IMG/VR virus record: IMGVR_UViG_3300032308_000833
Location: 16,763 to 80,762 of that record
Source: a virus
Length of the DNA: 64,000 nt
Direction: 5' to 3' (one strand)
Below, piece after piece: positions 56,791 through 64,000 of this stretch (its first letter is position 1; the number at the start of each line of letters is the position of its first letter). Under the pieces are notes generated by a model. That model was not told the DNA's origin. It was given only the letters and a program-made list of their open reading frames with translations, and did no database searches. The translations under genes were made by a program, and so were the position numbers.

Positions 56791-57832
56791 CCCAAATTAC
56801 AAAAGAACAGAAGAAGATATGTACAATAACGCATTTCCTTCTGAAGAAGATTCTAGAGAGTACCATCCTTTACCAGTACAAGATGGTGTTAATTTGTATG
56901 AAACTCTTAATAGTGAATTTACAAAAACTGCAAAACAAAGTTATAAAACATTGTTGCAAAATGAAAAGGTAGAACTTCCATTTTCAAGACAGTTAACTGG
57001 ATGGAATAATTTAATTGCAGGATTGTATAGAGATTCTAAAAAATTAGATGATAGTCAGTTATGGGTTGATTTTCCAGAAGATGATTTTGTTCCCAATAAA
57101 CAAGGGTACAGATCAGATGAGTTTAAAAAAGATCATGACGGAAAGCATATTCTTTTTAACGGTTGTTCAGTAACTTATGGACAGGGGTTGTATACAAGTG
57201 AGACTTGGTCTTATTTATTACATAAGTTAATATCAGAAAAAGAAAACGTTTCTGGTTATTACAATATTGGTACTCCAGGAAAAAGCATATTTGATATTGT
57301 TGCAACTACTTTTAAGTATATAGATAAGTATGGTAATCCAGATGTAATATTTTTAGATTTACCAGATTTAAACAGGTTCTATGCATTAAATTCAGATAGT
57401 ACAGCAGAATTTGATAAACCTATGGGACCAATTGATACATTTTATGCAATTAATGATAACTATAGACACTCTATTGTAAAACAAGATACAACTTTGTCAG
57501 TATTTATTCACACATTATATATCTATATGTATCAATATTTAATGTTTTTGGAAATATACTGTAAATCACATAATATAGAATTGCATATATTTTCTTATGT
57601 CAGAGGAACAGATGCATTTCTTAGATTGTGCAATTTAGATAATTACAGTATTACTACTGATGTTGAGCAAATGCAAAGAATTGAAAAAGAAGTATTTGAA
57701 TATTCACAAAACCATAAGGATGATAAATACACAATGGTTGCTAGAGACGGCAGACATTACGGTACAGCGTTCCATCATGTTTGGGCAAATATGCTTTATG
57801 ACATGTATAAGGAAAAAAATAATGTCAACTGA
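56774..57832 (+). CDS. SGNH/GDSL hydrolase-like protein
   Basis: LFNGCSVTYGQG (block I); NIGTPGKS (block II); DGRHYG...H (DxxH). Confidence 0.7.
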   Translation: MKDQFDPNYKRTEEDMYNNAFPSEEDSREYHPLPVQDGVNLYETLNSEFTKTAKQSYKTLLQNEKVELPFSRQLTGWNNLIAGLYRDSKKLDDSQLWVDFPEDDFVPNKQGYRSDEFKKDHDGKHILFNGCSVTYGQGLYTSETWSYLLHKLISEKENVSGYYNIGTPGKSIFDIVATTFKYIDKYGNPDVIFLDLPDLNRFYALNSDSTAEFDKPMGPIDTFYAINDNYRHSIVKQDTTLSVFIHTLYIYMYQYLMFLEIYCKSHNIELHIFSYVRGTDAFLRLCNLDNYSITTDVEQMQRIEKEVFEYSQNHKDDKYTMVARDGRHYGTAFHHVWANMLYDMYKEKNNVN

Positions 57833-58355
57833 GCAAGATTTGGTACAACATTTAGATCAGGTAAACAAAGTTGTTGAAGAATATTTAAAGGGAAATGATC
57901 CTACAAGAATATCTAAACAACTTGCAATACCAAGACAACAGGTAGTTAGTTTAATTAATGAGTGGAAAGTGATGGCTTCCGCTAATGATGCAATTCGTGC
58001 ACGAGCAAAAGAGGCATTGGTTGCAGCAGATACTCATTACAGCAAGTTAATAACAAAGGCTTATGAGGTTATTGAAGATGCAACAACAACGGCTAACCTA
58101 AATGCAAAGAGTCAGGGAATTAAGTTAGTATTAGACATTGAGTCTAGAAGAATTGATATGTTACAAAAAGCAGGGCTTTTAGAAAATAAAGAACTGGCAG
58201 AAGAAATGGTACAAATAGAAAGAAAACAAGAAGTGCTTATGAACATATTAAAAGATGTTGCTTCTGAGTATCCACAGGTTCGTGATGAAATCATGAGACG
58301 ACTTTCAACTATTGCTAGAGAAAGCGAAGTGGTTACAGTTGTCCATGATGTTTGA
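57822..58355 (+). CDS. Terminase small subunit, putative
   Basis: N-terminal HTH followed by coiled coil; directly upstream of TerL; AAGGA SD before ATG 57822. Confidence 0.6.
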   Translation: MSTEQDLVQHLDQVNKVVEEYLKGNDPTRISKQLAIPRQQVVSLINEWKVMASANDAIRARAKEALVAADTHYSKLITKAYEVIEDATTTANLNAKSQGIKLVLDIESRRIDMLQKAGLLENKELAEEMVQIERKQEVLMNILKDVASEYPQVRDEIMRRLSTIARESEVVTVVHDV

Positions 58356-60129
58356 TGACTTTTTAGAAGTATTAAAAGATAATCCATTTGAAGAAATCCC
58401 AGTAGATGCTAAAACATTTATTGAACATGAAGATTACTTAGGACAACCCGCACTATCTAAAATTCAGTATGACATAGTTGAGGCTATGAGTCAGATTTAT
58501 AGAAAAGAAGATTTGATAGAATTATTGGGTGAAAAAGAAGGTACAGAATATTATAACAAGTACACTAAAAATGAAATCATTCTTCAGTTAGGTAAAGGTA
58601 GTGGTAAAGATTTTACTTCTACAGTTGCTTGTGCTTATATTGTTTATAAGTTACTTTGTTTAAAAGATCCTGCTAAATATTTTGGTAAACCATCAGGAGA
58701 TGCTATTGATTTAATTAACGTTGCTATTAACGCACAACAGGCTAAGAACGTTTTCTTTAAAGGTTTTAAAACTAAGATTGAAAAGTCTCCATGGTTTATA
58801 GGAAAGTTTTACGCAAAGGCAGATAGCGTAGAGTTTAATAAATCTATTACAGTTTATTCTGGACATTCAGAAAGAGAATCACATGAGGGTTTAAATCTTT
58901 TGCTTGCAGTGCTTGATGAGATTTCTGGTTTTGTTTCTGAAGTTGGTACAGGAAATGAGCAAGGAAAAACTGCAGAAAATATTTATAAAGCATTTCGCGG
59001 CTCAGTAGATTCTCGTTTTCCAGATTTAGGGAAAGTTGTATTGTTATCTTTTCCAAGGTATGTAGGAGATTTTATATCTCAAAGATATGATGATGTTGTT
59101 TTAGAAAAAGATGTTATTGAAAAAAATCATAAGTTTGTTTTAAATCCAGCATTACCAGAAGATGAAGTAGGAAATACATTTGAGATTTCGTGGGAAGAAG
59201 ATGAAATTGTTTCATATAAATATCCTGGGGTATTTGCATTAAAAAGACCAACATGGGAAGTTAACCCAACCAGGAAGATTGATGACTTTAAGTTAGCCTT
59301 CTATACAGATCTTGGGGATGCAATGATGCGTTTTGCATGCGTTCCAACCTATTCATCAGATGCGTTTTTCAAGCAGGTAGAAAAAGTTAGAGCCTGCATG
59401 ACTGGTAGAAACCCTATAGATAATTTTAAAAGATTTGATGAAGCCTTTAAACCTGATCCAGATAAGACCTATTATGTTCACGCTGACTTGGCACAAAAGC
59501 ATGACAAGTGTGCTGTAGCCATTGCTCACGTAGAAAAGTGGGTTAACGTTCAAGTAATCAAAGATTACGAACAGGTTGCTCCTATTGTTGTTGTGGATGC
59601 AGTGGTTTGGTGGGAACCTAAAGTAGAAGGTCCAGTAAACCTATCAGAAGTAAAGCAATGGATTCAAAACTTAAGAAGAACTGGTTTTAATATAGGTTTG
59701 GTAACATTTGATCGTTGGCAATCATTTGATATTCAAAATGAACTAAAGGCAGTTGGAATGAGAACGGATACTGTTTCAGTTGCTAAAAAGCATTATGAAG
59801 ATATGGCAATGCTTATTTATGAAGAAAGATTAGTAATGCCTTCAATTGAATTATTGTTTGAAGAGTTAACTGAGTTAAAAATTATGAAGAATGATAGAGT
59901 TGATCATCCTCGTAAAAAGTCTAAAGACTTAGCGGACGCAGTTTGTGGTGCTGTATTTGGTTCAATTGCCAATACTCCAAAAAGTATTGATTTAGAAGTT
60001 GAAGTTCATACGTTTGCAGATAGACCTAAATCAGATAGATCAAAAGAACTGTTTGTTAACAACAATGTTATTAGACCAGAACCACCAAAAGAAGCACTGG
60101 AATACCTAGATCAGTTTAAACTAATCTAA
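58345..60129 (+). CDS. terL: Terminase large subunit
   Basis: GKGSGKD Walker A; AVLDE Walker B; LLSFPR; nuclease domain HADLA, FDRWQS, DH....KDLADA. Confidence 0.92.
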   Translation: MMFDDFLEVLKDNPFEEIPVDAKTFIEHEDYLGQPALSKIQYDIVEAMSQIYRKEDLIELLGEKEGTEYYNKYTKNEIILQLGKGSGKDFTSTVACAYIVYKLLCLKDPAKYFGKPSGDAIDLINVAINAQQAKNVFFKGFKTKIEKSPWFIGKFYAKADSVEFNKSITVYSGHSERESHEGLNLLLAVLDEISGFVSEVGTGNEQGKTAENIYKAFRGSVDSRFPDLGKVVLLSFPRYVGDFISQRYDDVVLEKDVIEKNHKFVLNPALPEDEVGNTFEISWEEDEIVSYKYPGVFALKRPTWEVNPTRKIDDFKLAFYTDLGDAMMRFACVPTYSSDAFFKQVEKVRACMTGRNPIDNFKRFDEAFKPDPDKTYYVHADLAQKHDKCAVAIAHVEKWVNVQVIKDYEQVAPIVVVDAVVWWEPKVEGPVNLSEVKQWIQNLRRTGFNIGLVTFDRWQSFDIQNELKAVGMRTDTVSVAKKHYEDMAMLIYEERLVMPSIELLFEELTELKIMKNDRVDHPRKKSKDLADAVCGAVFGSIANTPKSIDLEVEVHTFADRPKSDRSKELFVNNNVIRPEPPKEALEYLDQFKLI

Positions 60130-60174
60130 TAAAATGTTATAATAGTACTATCTCACATTGGGGGTAGTTATTAA

Positions 60175-61587
60175 ATTAATAACTTTAGGACTCTTCGCAG
60201 AGCATTCTTTGTCTTTATAGTAGCATCAATACTATTTCTTTCTTGCACGCCACAACAGGCTCAGGCAAATGCAGCACCATGTGATACCTATCAGGTAAAC
60301 GGTGGAGACCAAGCCTTCTTAATGAATTTAAATACCCCTCTTAAATGGGGAGAAACAGTATATACAAATAATATTTATGTAAGTCCAAAAGGAACTATTA
60401 CATTTGGTGCAGGAGATTATACATTTTGGGACTATCCACCTACTCCGTCTATATCAATTGGATCTTTTGATTATCATGCATTTCCAAATAGTGCAGCAGG
60501 TGGATGGAGTCCAGGATGGGGTTATGGAAATAATTTATATGTTAGATATGGATCTACGGCAACCTCTATATGTGTAGATTGGAAGGTAATGGTATGGGGA
60601 CAATCATCAGGTAATCCTATTTATATAAGAATGTTAGCCGAAGTTAATCCAGTTGATTATTCTTGGCAACCTACATATCAAGTAAGTTCTAACGCACCAG
60701 GAAATGCTAGATATGGTGCAAGATATACTCAAAACGGTCCTATTCAACCTTTAAGTGTTCAAACTATAAGTGCTTTAACTCCACCGCCACCAAGTCCAAC
60801 TCCAACACCAACGATTACTCCTACACCCACACCTACACCAACACCTACACCCACACCTACACCAACACCTACTGAAACACCTTCAGAAAGCCCTACGCCT
60901 ACTCCTACGCCTACAGAAACACCTAGTCCTGATCCAACTCCAAGTCCAACTCCTGATCCAGTTCAACCAGACCCAAACCCTCAGCCAACATTCGAACCAG
61001 AGCCAGTAGTGATAGAGGAACCAGAACCAGAAGTGACAGAAGAGCCACAACCAGAACCTGTAATCGAACCTTCACCTGAACCAACTCCTTCAGAAGAAAT
61101 TATACCAGTAGAAGAAGAAATGGATAGTGCAATTGAAGAACTATTGGTTAATGAAGAAGAAATTACAGATGAACAACTAGAAAACATTGCAGAATTATTA
61201 ATTGAAAATTATGAAGTAGATGAAGCAATGCCAGTAGCAGATTTAATTGAAGGATTAAATGATGAGCAAACTTTAGAATTTTTAGAACAATTAGATGAAA
61301 ATCAAATAATTGAATACCGTGAAGGTGTTGAATTAGAAGCAGGTGTTGCAGTTGTATTTGAGCAACTGTCAGACCCTGGGGCCTTATTAGGAGAGTTTGT
61401 ATCAGATCCAGGACAAGTGTTAGAAGCACTTGGACAATTGGGTGCTGATATGACAGAAGAAGAAAGAGAGGACTCACAAACAGTTGTTGTTGCAACAGTT
61501 ATTGTGGGTCAATTAATAGGATCTGTAGCAATGTCTTCAAGCATAGTACAGATGAATGCAAGAGCAGAAATAAGGAGGATAACATGA
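60175..61587 (+). CDS. Exported, membrane-anchored protein with NIDO-like domain and Pro/Thr- and Glu/Pro-rich stalk (probable ATT start; ORF track starts at 60322)
   Basis: Frame is open from ATT 60175 and encodes a signal peptide ([31 protein letters not shown]); [12 protein letters not shown]; (PT)n; C-terminal hydrophobic [11 protein letters not shown]. Confidence 0.65.
   Translation: MNNFRTLRRAFFVFIVASILFLSCTPQQAQANAAPCDTYQVNGGDQAFLMNLNTPLKWGETVYTNNIYVSPKGTITFGAGDYTFWDYPPTPSISIGSFDYHAFPNSAAGGWSPGWGYGNNLYVRYGSTATSICVDWKVMVWGQSSGNPIYIRMLAEVNPVDYSWQPTYQVSSNAPGNARYGARYTQNGPIQPLSVQTISALTPPPPSPTPTPTITPTPTPTPTPTPTPTPTPTETPSESPTPTPTPTETPSPDPTPSPTPDPVQPDPNPQPTFEPEPVVIEEPEPEVTEEPQPEPVIEPSPEPTPSEEIIPVEEEMDSAIEELLVNEEEITDEQLENIAELLIENYEVDEAMPVADLIEGLNDEQTLEFLEQLDENQIIEYREGVELEAGVAVVFEQLSDPGALLGEFVSDPGQVLEALGQLGADMTEEEREDSQTVVVATVIVGQLIGSVAMSSSIVQMNARAEIRRIT
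60781..60960 (+). repeat. (Pro-Thr)n low-complexity repeat
   Basis: [60 protein letters not shown]. Confidence 0.9.
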
Positions 61588-62069
61588 TAAAGGCAATACT
61601 AAAACCTTTTAAATTTATCTTCAAAGCAGTTAAGTTTGTAGTTATGTTACCCATAAACCTAGTTAAGTTTATTCTAATTAAGGTTTGGGCGGTAATTAAA
61701 TATGTTCTTAATCTTGTTTGGAAGATACTTAAAGGTATATATAAAGTAATAGTTGGGGTAGTTAATGAAGGTACTCAAGTTATTACCTGGATTATTACAA
61801 GTATCTGGAATGCAATTAAATGGGTATTTGTTAGTATCTGGAAATTAATTGTGTGGATATTAAATAAAGTATGGACAGTAGTTAAATTTGTATGGGCATG
61901 GCTAGTAGAAGCATTTGTAGAAACATTAAACCAATTGTGGACATTACTAGGTATGTTCGCAGCATGGCTAGTACTCGAGGGTAGTGCAAAAACTATTGTA
62001 GGGTATGCAATTATAACTGTTTTGTTTGTATGGTTAATAACTATGCGAATAAGGGAAGGAGAAGAATAA
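61584..62069 (+). CDS. Membrane protein with amphipathic Trp/Lys helical repeats
   Basis: [37 protein letters not shown]; two C-terminal hydrophobic segments. Confidence 0.65.
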   Translation: MIKAILKPFKFIFKAVKFVVMLPINLVKFILIKVWAVIKYVLNLVWKILKGIYKVIVGVVNEGTQVITWIITSIWNAIKWVFVSIWKLIVWILNKVWTVVKFVWAWLVEAFVETLNQLWTLLGMFAAWLVLEGSAKTIVGYAIITVLFVWLITMRIREGEE

Positions 62070-62353
62070 TGGCTAAAGAAACAAAATTAGATGACGAAAA
62101 GGCAATGGGAGCAATCAGTGGTATTAAAAATATTCTACTCAGAATAATTGCTGTATTTGCAGCCAACGGTCTTGGAGTTATCGGTGCTGGTGCAATCATT
62201 GGTATTGATACATTAAGTGCAATCATTCTTGCAGGAACACTAGGTGTTGCTACAGTAGTTGAAAAACTAGCAAGAGGATTTATTGATGACGGAAGATTAA
62301 GCATTGATGAAATCAATAATGCATTTAACTCAGTAGACAAAAAGTCTAAGTAG
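62069..62353 (+). CDS. Small membrane protein (holin-like candidate)
   Basis: TAATG coupling; two hydrophobic segments; charged C-terminus. Confidence 0.5.
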   Translation: MAKETKLDDEKAMGAISGIKNILLRIIAVFAANGLGVIGAGAIIGIDTLSAIILAGTLGVATVVEKLARGFIDDGRLSIDEINNAFNSVDKKSK

Positions 62354-63026
62354 GTCTACCTATTATAATAACGGATTCTTTATTGAGTTCGTTATTATGA
62401 TATTTTATAAGCATTTCTTTTACCGTGCATCTGAAAATTGTTTCAGTTGGCATTGTAAGATCTTGAGCATAAATACAGTGTTTGCTTTCACCAAAAACTT
62501 CCAGGGTATCGTTTAATACTTGCCCAATAATACTTGGAACACATAAGAATACTATTGGATAATCAATGTCTATAAACTTATTAAGAAATGCTTTATTCTC
62601 ATCGCTATCTTTAGGGTAACAACCATATATAAATCCACCATGTGCCATTCCTGATACAACTAGTGAGGTGATCACTGAATTAGGTCCAGGTATAGCAGTT
62701 ACCTGTATGTTGTGCATTAGTGCAACATTTGCATACCCACTACCTGGGTCATGGAAACCAGCATTGCCTTGGTCAGATAATATTAGTACGTTTTTATTAT
62801 TTAATAATATATCAACTATGTTGTTAATTGCATTTATTTCTTCACAACTTGGTATTTCTATGATACGTGCTTTTGTCTCAATTTCTAAATCAGACAACAG
62901 TTTGTTAAATTTTTCAAGGCTTTCTACAGCAATTACATCATGATCAATGATGCTTCTAATAGTCCTAAAAGATATGTCCGATATGTTACCAATATGTACA
63001 GATCCCAGGGTCAATAGTCCAGCCAT
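62346..63026 (-). CDS. rsmI: RsmI-like (16S rRNA C1402 2'-O-) methyltransferase, divergent
   Basis: IGNISDIS.R; LSDQG....DPG; V.AIPGPN.V..SLVVSG; DLT...E.I.R.T. Start set at MAGLL (63026), leaderless after TGCTATACT (63034-63042). Confidence 0.75.
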   Translation of the reverse strand: MAGLLTLGSVHIGNISDISFRTIRSIIDHDVIAVESLEKFNKLLSDLEIETKARIIEIPSCEEINAINNIVDILLNNKNVLILSDQGNAGFHDPGSGYANVALMHNIQVTAIPGPNSVITSLVVSGMAHGGFIYGCYPKDSDENKAFLNKFIDIDYPIVFLCVPSIIGQVLNDTLEVFGESKHCIYAQDLTMPTETIFRCTVKEMLIKYHNNELNKESVIIIGRPT

Positions 63027-63102
63027 ATATAGCAGTATAGCATGTTGACTATAAAAATGATAGATGGTATACTTTAATAACACTATACAAAAGAGGCTTA
63101 CT

Positions 63103-63624
63103 TTGACGTGCATAGCGGTAGTTAGACAAGAAAATAAAATGTTTATGGCTGGTGACAGAGGTGCATCAGATGAAAACAGCATGCTTACCTTAAAGGCACC
63201 AAAGGTTTGGAAAACTGGTCAATACCTAATAGGATACGCTGGCACCATGGATGGTGAAAGAATAAGATTAAATTTTAAGCCACCTTTACCAGAAGGTAAC
63301 TTAGATAGATTTATGTACACAAAATTTTTAATATCACTAAGAGATTTCTATGACAGATGGTGGGTTGACGTTTCTAAGGACTCAGACTTTGGAATGATAA
63401 TTTGTGTTAAAGGTAGAATCTTTGAACACAGTGCTGTAGATATGTCACTAACAGAATATGATTTAGATTATTTAGCAATGGGCTCAGCATCAGAGTTTGC
63501 ATTAGGATCACTTTATTCTACTCAAAAACAAAAGAATGGAAGAAACAGAGTTATTCAAGCAGTAGGTGCTGCCATTAATTTTTCAACATCTTGCACTGGT
63601 CCTATTGACACGGTAAGCATCTAG
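63103..63624 (+). CDS. Ntn-hydrolase peptidase (HslV/proteasome beta-like)
   Basis: TTG 63103 with GAGG SD gives M-TCIAVV...AGD (N-terminal Thr nucleophile); KV...LIG.AG; AMGSAS.FALGSL. Confidence 0.75.
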   Translation: MTCIAVVRQENKMFMAGDRGASDENSMLTLKAPKVWKTGQYLIGYAGTMDGERIRLNFKPPLPEGNLDRFMYTKFLISLRDFYDRWWVDVSKDSDFGMIICVKGRIFEHSAVDMSLTEYDLDYLAMGSASEFALGSLYSTQKQKNGRNRVIQAVGAAINFSTSCTGPIDTVSI

Positions 63625-63639
63625 GTCTATACTAGATAT

Positions 63640-63816
63640 ATGAATACAGAATTTGAGATTTGGCTGTTACAAGGCATTGACAAAGGCTGGATAACTGAGC
63701 CATTTTGTAGTACTCATGATGGTGGTTTTCAATACATGAGCGAAGAAGAGCAAGAAGAGTGGGACCAAGGTGGCGACCCATGTTGTTATGTAATTAGATT
63801 AATGGAGTTATCGTAA
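63640..63816 (+). CDS. Small hypothetical protein, not in ORF track
   Basis: MNTEFEIWLLQGIDKGWITEPFCSTHDGG...GGDPCCYVIRL; TATACT, then 6 nt, then ATG. Confidence 0.65.
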   Translation: MNTEFEIWLLQGIDKGWITEPFCSTHDGGFQYMSEEEQEEWDQGGDPCCYVIRLMELS

Positions 63817-64000
63817 TGAAAAAAATGTTTATTGTTTTATCTGTTTTATTTTCAGTACTAGCAGTTCCAGCAAATGCAGTTGAGAGTCCAACACCAGTTG
63901 TTGTTCCAACACCAGTTGTTACACCAACTCCAACACCTATAGTTGAGAGTCCAACACCAGTTGTTGTTCCAACACCAGTTGTTACACCAACTCCAACACC
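63816..64000 (+). CDS. Secreted Pro/Thr/Val-rich protein (5' part, truncated by window)
   Basis: MKKMFIVLSVLFSVLAVPANA signal peptide, then VESPTPVVVPTPVVTPTPTPI repeated with a 63-nt period (63879, 63942). Confidence 0.75.
   Translation, partial: MKKMFIVLSVLFSVLAVPANAVESPTPVVVPTPVVTPTPTPIVESPTPVVVPTPVVTPTPT

Noticed and set aside
63027-63182. N-terminal extension of the RsmI-like ORF (track start 63182) and of the peptidase ORF (track start 63064)
   Set aside because: The extensions overlap each other and two divergent promoters; family homology begins at MAGLL (63026) and TCIAV (63106).
1-64000. tRNA/ncRNA genes, integrase, alternative genetic code
   Set aside because: Intergenic gaps are short and no cloverleaf was recognised by eye; no integrase motif was seen; long genes are intact in the standard code. 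tRNAscan/Infernal were not run.

Overview
This 64 kb AT-rich window is from a large tailed dsDNA phage of siphovirus type: very long tape measure protein, tail tube gene, no sheath gene seen. An actinobacterial host, plausibly a low-GC freshwater lineage, is inferred from DnaE-type polymerase, class II RNR, RecA and many TGnTATAAT promoters giving leaderless mRNAs. Gene order: fibre/adhesin and modification genes (1-10.9 kb); NrdJ and a P4H-like oxygenase; head module (portal, protease-scaffold, MCP); neck, tail and tape measure genes; replication/recombination (DnaB, DnaG, SSB, DnaE, RecA, resolvases, Cas4-like nuclease) interrupted by five tandem 2OG-Fe(II) oxygenases; terminase; exported Pro/Thr-rich proteins, an RsmI-like methyltransferase and an Ntn peptidase. 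The main candidate for an undescribed system is a two-gene module present twice. A fibre-like protein ending in a conserved '...NTWxxxGDLxA' domain is followed by a protein made of a variable surface domain (PASTA-like or FN3x2), a Phe-rich tandem octapeptide (FGFSPFxV)n and a non-canonical Hint autoprocessing domain. The same window encodes eight 2OG-Fe(II) oxygenases, a glycosyltransferase and an SGNH enzyme that could tailor these proteins. Other oddities: tail chaperones as two paralogous genes instead of a frameshift, an intrinsic terminator inside a secreted muralytic gene, a probable ATT start codon, and DnaA-box-like repeats before the capsid operon. All calls come from motif recognition by eye; no database search was run.
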